Shown here: positions 29,316 to 39,040 of the stretch, piece after piece
How positions within the stretch are numbered: position 1 is the first letter of the stretch
Layout of the letters: each line of letters begins with the position of its first letter
Notes under the pieces: model-generated
What the model was told of the DNA's origin: nothing
Database searches by the model: none
What the model saw: the letters and a program-made list of their open reading frames with translations, nothing else
Assembly: GCA_043799545.1 (NCBI GenBank)
Contig: JAZDNO010000002.1
Coordinates: 1 to 64,000, forward strand
Source of the DNA: Methanobacteriota archaeon
Lineage (GTDB): Archaea; Thermoplasmatota; Thermoplasmata; SG8-5; DAIRED01
Direction: 5' to 3'
DNA: 64,000 nt
Program-made: the position numbers and the translations under genes

Positions 29316-29791
29316 TAATCCACCACCATGAGCATCCTGAGAAGCAGGGCGTTGATGTCTTTTCCCCTGTAACCCAACGCGCCACCGTTCCTGTACGACC
29401 TCTTGATTCCCTCGTACCCCTTCACTGGCGGGTGAAGCCGGATGAGCGGCTTCGCGTCCTTCAAGTCCTTCAGCCTGGCCTTGCCAGCGGAAATCTGCTG
29501 AGCGAATTCGTTTATGTCCTTGAATTTGGAGTTCGCCTTGACGTACTCGTCCGTTATCGGCTTTCTCCCCGCGAGCTGCCCCCTCGCCTTGATGACCTTT
29601 GCCAGCGTCGCCGCGTCGACCTCGCCCCAGGTGATGTAGTCCTTGGCCTTGTTCAGCATCCCCTTGTTCTGCGGGCTGTCCCACAGCAGGGCGCAGTGGT
29701 TCGCTCTGTTCAGGTGCATCAGCTCCATCGTTTCGCGGATGTCGTCCTTGACGTGCACCGAGCTCCGAATTCGTACGACCGCGAACGTCAC
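29315..29791 (-). CDS. rpl30: 50S ribosomal protein uL30
   Basis: AVVRIRS, YITWGE, RLHPPVKG, GGALGYRG. Confidence 0.96.
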   Translation of the reverse strand: MTFAVVRIRSSVHVKDDIRETMELMHLNRANHCALLWDSPQNKGMLNKAKDYITWGEVDAATLAKVIKARGQLAGRKPITDEYVKANSKFKDINEFAQQISAGKARLKDLKDAKPLIRLHPPVKGYEGIKRSYRNGGALGYRGKDINALLLRMLMVVD

Positions 29792-30666
29792 AGCTCGTCA
29801 CCCCCTTCGTCAACTCCATCTATCGGCAGCTCGACGTCCGAGGACTCGACCTTGGCGGATATCATCTTCTCGACCAGCTTCTCCTTCTCCTTGAGCCGCT
29901 CGCGCTTCTTAGCATCGTCCAGAAGCTTCGCCGCCGTCTGCGGGTCAATACCTATAGGCTTCACTTCCATCGCTCCGCTGATGATCTTCAGCCGCATGGC
30001 CTGCTCCTTCGAGATGCGCATGGACGCCGTCTTGCGCAGCGCATCGAAGGTCGCCAGCCCGTAATTGACCGTCGTCTTGGTGTGCCCGTCCGATATGCTC
30101 CAGGCGTCCTTGATGCCCGCGAGCCTCAGGACGTGCCTCGGAATCTCCGACACCGCCAGCCCGACGCCGCGCGGCGCAGGCTTGAATACGATGTCCACAG
30201 AGCCGCTCTTGCCTATGACCTCGAAAGGCAGAGTGTGGGGCTTACCGCAGCCGCACTCCCACGAGCCGCACCCGCGCTTGATTTCGACTATGCTCAGCTT
30301 GGCGCTGTCGATGGCCTTCCTGATTGCGGGGCCTACTTCCTTTCCGCGAGCCCTTCCGAGCCCGACGAAGCCGTCCGAGTTGCCCACGACCACCGTGATC
30401 GCGAAGCGCACCCTGCGCCCGGAATCCGTCATGCGCTGGACCATGTTCACGTCTATGACTTCGTCCGTCATCTCGGGCAGCAGTATGTCGACTATCTCCG
30501 GCTCCCTTATCCGGAGCCTCGTGGCCAGAGCCTCGCTCATGGTGGAGACCTTTCCTTCAGCCACCAAATCGCCCAGGCTTGTCTTGGGGACCCAGTCGCC
30601 GATGCGCCTGGACCCGCGCTCCTTGTCGCCCCTGTTGTCCCGTCCCCTTCCTCCTCTTGCCGGCAT
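29788..30666 (-). CDS. rps5: 30S ribosomal protein uS5
   Basis: WVPKTSLG, VQRMTDSGRR, RGCGSWEC. Confidence 0.97.
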   Translation of the reverse strand: MPARGGRGRDNRGDKERGSRRIGDWVPKTSLGDLVAEGKVSTMSEALATRLRIREPEIVDILLPEMTDEVIDVNMVQRMTDSGRRVRFAITVVVGNSDGFVGLGRARGKEVGPAIRKAIDSAKLSIVEIKRGCGSWECGCGKPHTLPFEVIGKSGSVDIVFKPAPRGVGLAVSEIPRHVLRLAGIKDAWSISDGHTKTTVNYGLATFDALRKTASMRISKEQAMRLKIISGAMEVKPIGIDPQTAAKLLDDAKKRERLKEKEKLVEKMISAKVESSDVELPIDGVDEGGDEL

Positions 30667-31169
30667 TATCGCGCCTCCATGATCTTGCTCTTTACCTGCT
30701 CGAACAGCTCTCCTGGCGGCGTCTTGAGGTGGGCGCCCTTTATGCGCTCCTCGCTCGGAAGAGCCGCGTCGTCGTGGGCGATTTCCACGCCCGCGTCGAC
30801 CATGCCCTTCAAGGCTGCGAAGACGCTGCTCCCGCGCGCCGGGCTCTGCAATCCGATGTCCAGTACGGCCTCTTCGACCTCTTTCGCCAACGCCCTCTTT
30901 CCCGCCAGCAAGCCGGCGAGGTAGGCCGCGGTCGTGTTGCCGTTCGCACCCTTCCAGCCGAACTTACCTAGCTCCTTGCTCGTTGCCGTCGCCAGGACGC
31001 TGTCGCCCTTGTCGTCGTACGAGATGAACTGGACCGTGACGTACCTCAGCGTGTGGCGAACGACCGCCCTGGGCAGTTCGCCCCTCAGCATGTTTCGCCT
31101 GCTGCGGTAGTCGGTCTTGCCCTCCCGCCTGCGCCTGAAATGCACCCTGTACCTCGGACCGTGCGCCAT
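30666..31169 (-). CDS. rpl18: 50S ribosomal protein uL18
   Basis: GPRYRVHFRRRREGKTDY, NTTAAYLAG, LDIGL. Confidence 0.97.
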   Translation of the reverse strand: MAHGPRYRVHFRRRREGKTDYRSRRNMLRGELPRAVVRHTLRYVTVQFISYDDKGDSVLATATSKELGKFGWKGANGNTTAAYLAGLLAGKRALAKEVEEAVLDIGLQSPARGSSVFAALKGMVDAGVEIAHDDAALPSEERIKGAHLKTPPGELFEQVKSKIMEAR

Positions 31170-31170
31170 C

Positions 31171-31626
31171 TCAATCACCTTCCTTTATGAATCCCTGGGT
31201 TCTCATCTGGGTCATCATGTGCGGCACGTTTTTATACATGCCTCCTTTCGCCCAGAGGTACAGCTTGCGGTACATGTGCGCGTCTATCTTCTTCGCCTCG
31301 CGAAGCTCTCGAAGCTTCGCCCGCATGGGCCGTATCTTCTGTATCCAGCCGCGCTTGGTCGGCGTGCGGGCGTTCTTCCCGCCCTTCCGGCTGCCAGGGC
31401 CGCGCCTGCGGCCGCCCTTCTTCTGGGCGCTCCTTTCCCTCGTCCGTCCGCGCGAAATCCCCTTTTTCTGCTTTATCTGGATGGCGCCATAGCCAATCGC
31501 GGCCCTGACGCTGCTGCGGGTGATGGAGTCCGCTATGTCCTCGACGCGCTCGGGGTTCATCTTTATCCTGTTCTCCCCGATTCCCAGAATCTGGGCAGCC
31601 ATGCGCCTCTGCGATTTCAAGTTCAT
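31171..31626 (-). CDS. rpl19e: 50S ribosomal protein eL19
   Basis: QRRMAAQIL, GPGSRKG, YRKLYLWAKGG. Confidence 0.97.
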   Translation of the reverse strand: MNLKSQRRMAAQILGIGENRIKMNPERVEDIADSITRSSVRAAIGYGAIQIKQKKGISRGRTRERSAQKKGGRRRGPGSRKGGKNARTPTKRGWIQKIRPMRAKLRELREAKKIDAHMYRKLYLWAKGGMYKNVPHMMTQMRTQGFIKEGD

Positions 31627-32651
31627 TCTACCGCCCCCGTCTCCGGAAGCTTGACGCCCTCTTCCTTCGCCCTCTTCCGGGCCAAGGTCTGCTTCTCCGC
31701 GCTGATGTTGAGGAGCCTTATTCCTTTATTGTCCGCCATGAGCACTATCCGCATCAGCTTCGCGAAACCCACGCCGTGGGCCACGCGCGCCGCCTCGGCC
31801 TTAGGGTTTATGAATTCCATCTCTTTGATGTTGTGTACCATTATCTCCTTGAACCCAGACGGGTGGAGGTTCCTGGTCTCCTTCGGCGAGCGGTAGCCTA
31901 TCGAAACGACCGGCGGGCGCTTGATGTAGTGCCTGCGCATCTTTGAGTGTATGCCCTTCGGCTTGCGCCACTTGTCGCCAAGCTTCTGGTACCTGAACCA
32001 CTCCTGGCGGTGGAATGCCGGGCGCTTGGCGTTCATGTCGTTCTTCAGCGAGAGGGCTAGCCTCTTTTCCGCGCTGAGCTCCGGCTTCGCCTTCGCCTTG
32101 TAGACGTCTTCTTCGTCCTTCTCGTCCACTATCTCGACATCGGGGTCGCCAGCCTTGGCCGGGGCCTCGTACTTGACCTTTTTGGCCTTCGGCGCGGCCT
32201 TCTTCTCCGGAGCGGCCTCAACGATTTCAGTTTCCGCTTCGGACTTGACAACGGGTTTCGTCGGCCTAGGAGCCGGTTTGGGCGCCTCCTCTTTCGGTGC
32301 GGATGCGGCCCTGGCTGGCTCGGGAGCCATCCCCTGCGGCACTTCCGGCCTTAGCTCTTTCAGCTCCTGGTAAGCCGTCTTCTTCTTCAGCTCCGCCGCT
32401 GGGGCGGGCTTCGGGGTCTGCGCCTTGGGCGCGGCCGGCTTGGCAACGGCGGTTTTCGCAGCTGTCCCTGCGGCAGCCGCCGGTTTCGCCGCGGGCTTTG
32501 CCGCTGGCTTGGCTGCAGCGGCCTTGGGCGCGGCTGGTTTGGCAGCGGTTGCTGCCTTTGGCGCAACCGCAGGCTTCGCCTTGGCGTCATCCTGGGCCTT
32601 CGGTTTGGCGGTCTTCTTCGCTTCCTTCGGTTCGACGTTTTCTGCGACCAT
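31623..32651 (-). CDS. rpl32e: 50S ribosomal protein eL32 with ~185-aa Ala/Lys/Pro-rich N-terminal extension
   Basis: RPAFHRQEW, WRKPKGIHSKMR, LHPSG core; start MVAENVEP after an SD-like GGGGTGA. Confidence 0.93.
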   Translation of the reverse strand: MVAENVEPKEAKKTAKPKAQDDAKAKPAVAPKAATAAKPAAPKAAAAKPAAKPAAKPAAAAGTAAKTAVAKPAAPKAQTPKPAPAAELKKKTAYQELKELRPEVPQGMAPEPARAASAPKEEAPKPAPRPTKPVVKSEAETEIVEAAPEKKAAPKAKKVKYEAPAKAGDPDVEIVDEKDEEDVYKAKAKPELSAEKRLALSLKNDMNAKRPAFHRQEWFRYQKLGDKWRKPKGIHSKMRRHYIKRPPVVSIGYRSPKETRNLHPSGFKEIMVHNIKEMEFINPKAEAARVAHGVGFAKLMRIVLMADNKGIRLLNISAEKQTLARKRAKEEGVKLPETGAVE

Positions 32652-32665
32652 CTTTTTCACCCCGT

Positions 32666-33208
32666 TCAACGGCTCCCCTTCTTCGTGATGAAGACGCCGT
32701 CCTGGAATATCCTCAAATCCCTGTCCTTTATCCGCGTGGCCTTCTCGATGTTGGCTGCAGTCTGGCTCACGTTCTCGACATCGGGCCCTGTGAGAAAGAC
32801 CTCGTCCCCCTTGACCACGATTTTGGTGTCGCTGAGTATTTTTGCCTTCCTCGGCGCCTTCTCGCCAAGGAAGTTCTCCACGTGGAAGAAGTTGCCCTTC
32901 ACAGCCGTCTTTATCGGAAAGTGCGAGTACACGATTTTCATCTTGTATTCGTACGGCTGGGCTGCCCCGTGGAGCATGTTTAGTATGTGAGACATTATCG
33001 TTCCAGCGACCGCGGCTTCGCGCCTTTTCGGCTCCTCGCACGAGATGTGTATCTCCTTTCCGGAGAGTTCAACCTTCACGCGGGGGTGCGCCAGCTTGCG
33101 GGTCAGCGTGCCGGCCTTGCCCTTCACCGTGAGGACGCCTTCCTTGTAGGTGACTGTCACCCCGGCGGGGATGGCTATCTTCTCGTCGATCATTCCTACT
33201 CTCGTCAT
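32666..33208 (-). CDS. rpl6: 50S ribosomal protein uL6
   Basis: YSHFPI, NFLGEK, VSQTAANIE, RIFQDG. Confidence 0.97.
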   Translation of the reverse strand: MTRVGMIDEKIAIPAGVTVTYKEGVLTVKGKAGTLTRKLAHPRVKVELSGKEIHISCEEPKRREAAVAGTIMSHILNMLHGAAQPYEYKMKIVYSHFPIKTAVKGNFFHVENFLGEKAPRKAKILSDTKIVVKGDEVFLTGPDVENVSQTAANIEKATRIKDRDLRIFQDGVFITKKGSR

Positions 33209-33218
33209 TTATTTCACC

Positions 33219-33608
33219 TCAGTAGACGTAGGCCAGGAGTTTTCCCCCTATGCCCATCTCCTTGGCCTTTGCATTCGTTATCACGCCCTGGGTCGTCGTC
33301 AGAATGAGAACCCCGAAGTCCTGGGCCGGCAAATACCTGGCCTCGAACCTGTCGAGCTCGTCCTTCCCGACGGCGAACCGCGGCTTGATTATCCCGCAGT
33401 TGTTGATGCTCCCCATTAGGAGCACCTTGAAGGTCCCGGCCTTGCCATCGTCCTGGTATTCGAACTGGGCGATGTAGCCGGCGTCCTGCATAACCTTGAG
33501 CACCCTGCCGATGAGCTTGGAGGAGGGCATTATCACGCACTCGCGCTTCCCCTTCAGCTCGGCATTCTTTAACATCGACATCGCATCGTTCAAAGGATCG
33601 TGCAGCAT
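33219..33608 (-). CDS. rps8: 30S ribosomal protein uS8
   Basis: [34 protein letters not shown]. Confidence 0.97.
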   Translation of the reverse strand: MLHDPLNDAMSMLKNAELKGKRECVIMPSSKLIGRVLKVMQDAGYIAQFEYQDDGKAGTFKVLLMGSINNCGIIKPRFAVGKDELDRFEARYLPAQDFGVLILTTTQGVITNAKAKEMGIGGKLLAYVY

Positions 33609-33618
33609 TTTATCCCTC

Positions 33619-33765
33619 CTACGAATACTTCTTGAACCCGATGTTCGGGGCCATTTCCCTGAAGCACTGCCTGCAGACGTGCATGCCGTACCTGCGGACT
33701 ATGCCGCGTTTCCTGCCGCACCTGTGGCAGCCTTCCTTGCGCCCGAACTTCTTCCGAGTCATCAT
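33619..33765 (-). CDS. rps14: 30S ribosomal protein uS14 (Zn-binding, 48 aa)
   Basis: Manual translation [48 protein letters not shown]; too short for the ORF track. Confidence 0.95.
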   Translation of the reverse strand: MMTRKKFGRKEGCHRCGRKRGIVRRYGMHVCRQCFREMAPNIGFKKYS

Positions 33766-34277
33766 TCTATCACCTCGACCTTGAACCGGTTCCTGATAAA
33801 CTCGATGCCCTCAACCTTGGTTATCCGGTGCTTGGGCGGAATCTTGGCCGGTTTTCGCTTCCTTATCCTGACGCGCTTCCCCGCTCTCGCCAGCGTGACC
33901 GTGACGTCCATCCCGAAAACGCCTATGTCGGGGTCGTACTTCATGCCCTCGAACTCCGTGTAGTCGGGGACGCCGAAGCTGAAGTTGCCGCTCGGGTCGA
34001 ACGAATATCCGGTTATCCTGTTGTTCTTGACCCAGAGAGCCTTCTTTATGAACTCCTCTGCGTCGGTGCCGCGGATGGTGACCTTGCAGCCGATTGGCTG
34101 GTCCTTGCGGATGTTCAGGTCCTTGCTCGTCGTCTTCGAAATCGTCTCTATGGGCTTGCGCTTGGTCAGCATCTGGAGCACCTTCTGGGCTTTGACGAGC
34201 CGCTCTCCGGATTCGCCGACTCCGATGTTGACGACTATCTTGTCTATCTTGATTACCCTCATCTTGCCAGACTTCAT
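33762..34277 (-). CDS. rpl5: 50S ribosomal protein uL5
   Basis: [38 protein letters not shown]. Confidence 0.97.
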   Translation of the reverse strand: MKSGKMRVIKIDKIVVNIGVGESGERLVKAQKVLQMLTKRKPIETISKTTSKDLNIRKDQPIGCKVTIRGTDAEEFIKKALWVKNNRITGYSFDPSGNFSFGVPDYTEFEGMKYDPDIGVFGMDVTVTLARAGKRVRIRKRKPAKIPPKHRITKVEGIEFIRNRFKVEVIE

Positions 34278-34984
34278 AGCACGCTCACCTCTGGCAGTTT
34301 GACGTCCGGGCTCTCCTTGCCGACTATGAAGACGTTGGCCTTGACCGTGGAGCCGCCGTCCTCGAACTCGACCACGTTCGCCTTCGGGTTGTGGGAAACG
34401 AGGTAGCCCTTTACCTTCCTTACCTCGCCAACGTGCGAGCCTGCGGTGAGGAGCGCCATGAACCCCTTCTCGAGCGGGTATTTGGCAACGACCTTCTGCG
34501 ACGGGACCTCGATTTTCAGAACGTCGCCTGTCTTGTACTGGCTCTTGTCGAGCAGTAGATTGCGCCCGTCGTGCAGGGTAATCTGGTATTTGCCGCTCTT
34601 CACGGATGTCTTGCGCTCTATCCTTCCGAGCTTCCACTTCGCCTCGTCCTCGCCGATGCGCGTGAGGCGGAGCTTGCCCCTGCGGTCGACCATCATCCTG
34701 AAGTTCTCCTTCGTCTTGGGAATCGTGAGGACGTCCATGATGCCTATCGGGCGCTTCGGGTCAGTGACTATCTTCCCGTCGATGAGCACCTCTCTGGCCC
34801 CTATGATGCGCTTTGCCTCGCGAGCCGTGTCGCAGCACTTCACCATGTCTCTGAGCACGACTGCCAACGGCATGCCCATCTCGACCGGGTGCGGGCCCGG
34901 GGACGGCTTCGTCGCCCAGTAGGCGGTCTTCTTCTCCATGCCCCACGACTTCGGCGTGGTCAGCCGCTTCATGTGAAGGCTCAT
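34274..34984 (-). CDS. rps4e: 30S ribosomal protein eS4
   Basis: HMKRLTTP, PSPGPH, PIGIMDV, HDGRN. Confidence 0.97.
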   Translation of the reverse strand: MSLHMKRLTTPKSWGMEKKTAYWATKPSPGPHPVEMGMPLAVVLRDMVKCCDTAREAKRIIGAREVLIDGKIVTDPKRPIGIMDVLTIPKTKENFRMMVDRRGKLRLTRIGEDEAKWKLGRIERKTSVKSGKYQITLHDGRNLLLDKSQYKTGDVLKIEVPSQKVVAKYPLEKGFMALLTAGSHVGEVRKVKGYLVSHNPKANVVEFEDGGSTVKANVFIVGKESPDVKLPEVSVL

Positions 34985-35394
34985 TGCGCTCCCTCCGGTT
35001 TGGCAATCTTCGCCTCGACCTTCTCCCTTCTCTTCGGGTCGGTCAGGTCGAGCCTGATTATCATGACGCTGGACGGGTGAATCTTCCTCACGACCTCCTT
35101 GTTGTCGGCCTTCTTGAAGTTCACGCCCTCGACGGCGATTTTAAGGTCGCGCCTGAAGACGTCGGTCACGCGGCCTTCCTTGCCTTTGATGACCTTCTTC
35201 TCGTCGCGCCCGGCCCTTGCCCCATCGCCGCGCATTATCTTGACAACGTCGCCCTTCCTGACAGGCAGTGACCTGATGTCGTACTTGGCCCTCAGCTCCG
35301 GCGAGAGGTGCGACGACATGAGCTTCCTGCGCGTGTGCGACGGCGCGTCGTAGTTCGCTTTTCTCTGCTTCCTGGGCATTTTTGAGTTCGTCAT
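34981..35394 (-). CDS. rpl24: 50S ribosomal protein uL24
   Basis: PRKQRK, HLSPELR, VRKGDVVKIMRG, IHPSSV. Confidence 0.97.
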   Translation of the reverse strand: MTNSKMPRKQRKANYDAPSHTRRKLMSSHLSPELRAKYDIRSLPVRKGDVVKIMRGDGARAGRDEKKVIKGKEGRVTDVFRRDLKIAVEGVNFKKADNKEVVRKIHPSSVMIIRLDLTDPKRREKVEAKIAKPEGAQ

Positions 35395-35403
35395 GCTATC
35401 ACC

Positions 35404-35802
35404 TTAAATTATTGTCGAAGCCTTGGAGGCAATCATCGGCCACCTCTCGGCGGCCTCGCGAGCCACTGGCCCCTTTATCTCCGAACCTTTCGTCTCCCCC
35501 GTGTCCGTGACCAGGACGACCGCGTTGTCGTCGAACCTGACCATCGTCCCGTCGGACCTGCGGAACGGCCTGCGCTGCCTCACGAGGACCGCGTGGAACA
35601 TCTGCTTCCTCATCTCGGGCGTTCCCCTCTTGACTGTGACTATCATCATCTCGCCTATCCCTGCCGCCGGGAGGCGCCTGAGCTTGCCGTGGTAACGAGG
35701 CACGTCCATGACCTCGACTATCTTCGCCCCGGTGTTGTCGATGCAATCGACGCGTGCGCCCTTGGGTATCCCGCGGGTCTGCCTGCCTGCTACTCCCTTC
35801 AT
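35404..35802 (-). CDS. rpl14: 50S ribosomal protein uL14
   Basis: DNTGAK, AVLVRQR, FDDNAVV, IKGPVAREAAERW. Confidence 0.97.
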   Translation of the reverse strand: MKGVAGRQTRGIPKGARVDCIDNTGAKIVEVMDVPRYHGKLRRLPAAGIGEMMIVTVKRGTPEMRKQMFHAVLVRQRRPFRRSDGTMVRFDDNAVVLVTDTGETKGSEIKGPVAREAAERWPMIASKASTII

Positions 35803-35816
35803 CTCTATTCACACTC

Positions 35817-36155
35817 CTACTTTTTCTGCACGACTACGAAAGAGACCGTCTTGCTGAGCGGCCTGCATTCGATGATGGTCACGCTGTCCCCAGCCTTTAT
35901 CCCCAGGCATGGCGGGCTGTGAGCCCTGTGCTTGCTAGTGCGCTTCTCGATACGCTCGTATTTCGGTATCACGTGCTCGTACTCCCGCCTCACGACGACC
36001 GTCCTGTTCATCTTGTCCGAAACGACCGTCCCCTCCAGAATCGAGCCCCTGACGCGGAGCCTGCCGTGGAACGGGCAGTCCTCGTCGTCGCAGCCCTCGG
36101 TCGGCAGCGGCACGTCGAGCCCGATGTTCCTGGCCTTGAGCGACTTTTTCTTCAA
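35817..36155 (-). CDS. rps17: 30S ribosomal protein uS17 (true start possibly ATG 36295 via a frameshift)
   Basis: [27 protein letters not shown]; only in-frame start is TTG. Confidence 0.93.
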   Translation of the reverse strand: MKKKSLKARNIGLDVPLPTEGCDDEDCPFHGRLRVRGSILEGTVVSDKMNRTVVVRREYEHVIPKYERIEKRTSKHRAHSPPCLGIKAGDSVTIIECRPLSKTVSFVVVQKK

Positions 36156-36299
36156 CGTCGCCCTCGCGAGGGTCTCGTTCTCGTCGACCTTTGCCTGCTT
36201 CTGGCCGTCTTCTTTGCCAGCTTCTTGTCGGCCTCGGCCTGGTTCGCCGCGACATTCTCTTCCACTGCAATGACTGTCTTCTCTTTTTCCGCCATTTTC

Positions 36300-36566
36300 T
36301 CACCCAGCCTTTTTGGTCCTGTCCTCTGGTCTGAACGCTATCGTCGAGCCTTCCAATGTGACGGCCTTGCCGTCCCTCAGGAACTCGAACGTCCCTCCGG
36401 TCTTCTGGACGACGCGCATCGTGCCGTTGCCGGCGACCGAGAGGGTGTTCTTCGTCTCGTCGACGACTGTGCCCTCGCAGCCCGCGATGGTCGGGTCCGG
36501 ATGCTTCGCTACCCTGACCCTGAGCCCGATCAGCTCGCCCTTCGCCATCGTTCGCGCGTCCGTCAT
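36300..36566 (-). CDS. rnp1: RNase P protein component 1 (Rpp29/POP4)
   Basis: ELIGLRVRV, GTVVDETKNTL, RPEDR. Confidence 0.93.
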   Translation of the reverse strand: MTDARTMAKGELIGLRVRVAKHPDPTIAGCEGTVVDETKNTLSVAGNGTMRVVQKTGGTFEFLRDGKAVTLEGSTIAFRPEDRTKKAG

Positions 36567-36574
36567 GTTCCCGC

Positions 36575-36874
36575 CTACTTGACCTCTACCGGGAAGCCCA
36601 TGTCCTCCAGGGTCTTCTGCACCTTCTTCCGGTGCTCCCCCTGGAGTTCAATCTTCCCGTCCTTCACAGTACCGCCCGCCGCGCACTTCGTCTTCAGCTT
36701 GCGCGCCAGGTCGTCGACGTCAATCTCGCCCGCGTTGAACCCGTCAACGACGGTCACGGTTTTTCCGTACCGCCTCTTATCGGAGTAAATCCTAATCTGC
36801 TGCTGCTCGCGAGCTATCTCCTCGCACATGCAGAGCTCTTCAGGCAGACCGCAGGTCGAACAGATTCCCGGCAT
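36575..36874 (-). CDS. Translation initiation factor aIF1 (SUI1)
   Basis: [29 protein letters not shown]. Confidence 0.95.
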   Translation of the reverse strand: MPGICSTCGLPEELCMCEEIAREQQQIRIYSDKRRYGKTVTVVDGFNAGEIDVDDLARKLKTKCAAGGTVKDGKIELQGEHRKKVQKTLEDMGFPVEVK

Positions 36875-37074
36875 TACTTCTTTGCCTCCCGTTCGATTGT
36901 CTTCAGCCTGGCGATGTTCGTCCTGATGGCCCGGAGCTTGCCCGGGTTGGCCGGCGCGCCGCCCATCGACGCCACGCCGCGCTCGTACATGAGGTCGTTC
37001 TTCAGCTCCGCGAGCTTCGCCTTCTGGTCCTCGATGCTCAGCGCCCTGATGTCCTTCGTCTTAAGCAGTGCCAT
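36874..37074 (-). CDS. rpl29: 50S ribosomal protein uL29
   Basis: [17 protein letters not shown]; operon position. Confidence 0.94.
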   Translation of the reverse strand: MALLKTKDIRALSIEDQKAKLAELKNDLMYERGVASMGGAPANPGKLRAIRTNIARLKTIEREAKK

Positions 37075-38044
37075 CGGTCTTCACCTCCGTACTCGGTTCC
37101 TTTGACTCCGCAGTTGGCTCCTGTGCTTTCGCCGGCTCAGTCTCGGGAGCCTTCTTCTGTTTCGCTTCTGGTTTCGGGGGTGCCGCGACCTCCGGTTTCG
37201 CTGCGGGGGATTTTCCCTCCGTTTTCTGCTTGATATCCTGATCTGGCGCCTTCTCCTTCTTCGTCTCTGGAGCCTTCTTCTGTTTGGACTCTGACTTCGG
37301 CGCCTTCTCCTTCTTCGGCTCGGCGACCGGCGCATTCGGCGCTACGGGCTCGGCCGCTGGCTTCGGCCCCTCGGTCGTTCCCTCGGCGGGAACCTCGGGC
37401 TTGGCCGCCTCTACCTTTTTGACCTCTGCCAGCTCCTTGTCCGAAACCATGCGCTCCTTGACCGTTATCTCGTCCGGCAGCTTGGCGTTCGGTTTCATTA
37501 TCTGGACCTTGACGCCGATGACGCCGGGCTTGAGCTTCGCCGTCGAGAAGCCTATGTCCATCCAAAGTATCTTGGTCTCTCCGCAGAACTTGATGTGGCC
37601 GTCCTTGAACTTCTCGGTCCTGTGGCGCTGGCCGGTGAGCTTTCCGGAGATGACGATGAGGCATCCCTTCGCTCCGGATTCCATTATCCTCCGGACCGTC
37701 GAGTGCCCCGCGCGCCTGAAGTGCCAGCCCATCTCGAGGGCCTGGGCGAGCTTCTCCGACATTATCTGCGCGTTGCAGCCAGGGTTTTCGACCTCCTGCA
37801 CCTCTATCTGCGGGTTGTCGAATTTGAACCTGTTCTGTATCTCGTCCGTGAGCGTCTTGATGGCGCTTCCCTTCCTTCCGATGACGAGGCCAGGCCTCTC
37901 GGTCAGCAGGGTGACGCGCGTGCCCATCGGGGTGCGCTGGATGTCCAGGCCTCCGAAACCGGCGCGTTTCGTCTGTTCCATCATGTATTCCCTGAGCAGC
38001 TCGCGCCTGACGTTCTCGATGACGAACTTCCTCTCGGATGCCAT
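37061..38044 (-). CDS. rps3: 30S ribosomal protein uS3 with long Lys/Pro/Glu-rich C-terminal tail
   Basis: RTPMGTRV, RPGLVIGRKG, HFRRAG, ISGKLTG, GVIGVKVQI. Confidence 0.96.
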   Translation of the reverse strand: MASERKFVIENVRRELLREYMMEQTKRAGFGGLDIQRTPMGTRVTLLTERPGLVIGRKGSAIKTLTDEIQNRFKFDNPQIEVQEVENPGCNAQIMSEKLAQALEMGWHFRRAGHSTVRRIMESGAKGCLIVISGKLTGQRHRTEKFKDGHIKFCGETKILWMDIGFSTAKLKPGVIGVKVQIMKPNAKLPDEITVKERMVSDKELAEVKKVEAAKPEVPAEGTTEGPKPAAEPVAPNAPVAEPKKEKAPKSESKQKKAPETKKEKAPDQDIKQKTEGKSPAAKPEVAAPPKPEAKQKKAPETEPAKAQEPTAESKEPSTEVKTDGTA

Positions 38045-38046
38045 GC

Positions 38047-38502
38047 TCAGTCCTCCATCTCTTCCATGACTATCTCGATGTTTACGCTGTGCTGGTCCCA
38101 CGGGGACGAGCTTCCGTGCGCCCTCGGCATGTAACCGGGGAACGTGCGGCCTCTGTGCGCTGCTGCCGTGATAATCTTCATGTTGTCCGTCATGAGTTTC
38201 TTGGCCGGACTCTCGGCGTTCGCTCCCGCGCTCTCCAGAACCTTGAGTATCGCCTTGCAAGCCTTCACCGGGTACCTTCCAGGGCCGATTCCCTTCTTGT
38301 GGTGTATCATCATTTTATACCTCTTGAAAGGGACCGCGCGCTTCATGTCTATGACGTCCTGGAGGTACTGCTTCGCGTCCTCGAACATCATCCCGCGGAT
38401 GGCGTGGCACACCTCGACGCTGTGCTTCGGCGATATCTTCAATTCCTTGCCAATCGCCCGCGCGATGTTCTCGCCGTTCTTCTGGTTGCTGTAACCTGCC
38501 AT
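38047..38502 (-). CDS. rpl22: 50S ribosomal protein uL22
   Basis: ISPKHSVEVC, AVPFKRY, GRYPVKA, PRAHG. Confidence 0.97.
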   Translation of the reverse strand: MAGYSNQKNGENIARAIGKELKISPKHSVEVCHAIRGMMFEDAKQYLQDVIDMKRAVPFKRYKMMIHHKKGIGPGRYPVKACKAILKVLESAGANAESPAKKLMTDNMKIITAAAHRGRTFPGYMPRAHGSSSPWDQHSVNIEIVMEEMED

Positions 38503-38511
38503 CTTTTCACC

Positions 38512-39039
38512 TCACTTGAGCGGCATGAACTTGGACGACCTGGTCGCGCCGACGCCCGGCCCGCTGTGCTTGCCGAACTGGCGCGTCATGGCGAACTCGC
38601 CGATGTAGTGCCCAATCATCTCCGGTTTTATATCGACAGTCCTGTATTCCTTGCCGTTGTAAATCTGGATCTGCTTGCCCACGAACGATGGCAATATGAC
38701 AACGTCCCTCCGGTGGGTCTTCAACTGGGGCTTGTCCCCCTTCAGGAGCCTCTTCACGAACGTCTGGTTCTCATCCGAGAGCCCGCGCTTGAGCGTGCGC
38801 CTCGACCTGGCGGGCAGAAGCGGCAGCACGTCTTCCATGCTGAGCGCCAGGAGCTCGGCGAGCGTCAGCCCGCGGTACGTGAACTCCTTGCGCCTCCTTG
38901 CCGATACCTGGCTCTTCTGCTTTCGCGTCCTGCGCCTTGCGGCCTTCGCCCCGCCGCTTCCGGCGTACTTGTCCTTCTTTGGCTTGTGAACTGCCGCAAT
39001 CGGCGCGCTGGTCGGTGCTGGAGCTGCTGGATCCGCCAT
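38512..39039 (-). CDS. rps19: 30S ribosomal protein uS19 with N-terminal extension
   Basis: FTYRG, LPARSRR, KTHRRD, MIGHYIGEF, GATRSS. Confidence 0.97.
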   Translation of the reverse strand: MADPAAPAPTSAPIAAVHKPKKDKYAGSGGAKAARRRTRKQKSQVSARRRKEFTYRGLTLAELLALSMEDVLPLLPARSRRTLKRGLSDENQTFVKRLLKGDKPQLKTHRRDVVILPSFVGKQIQIYNGKEYRTVDIKPEMIGHYIGEFAMTRQFGKHSGPGVGATRSSKFMPLK

Positions 39040-39040
39040 A

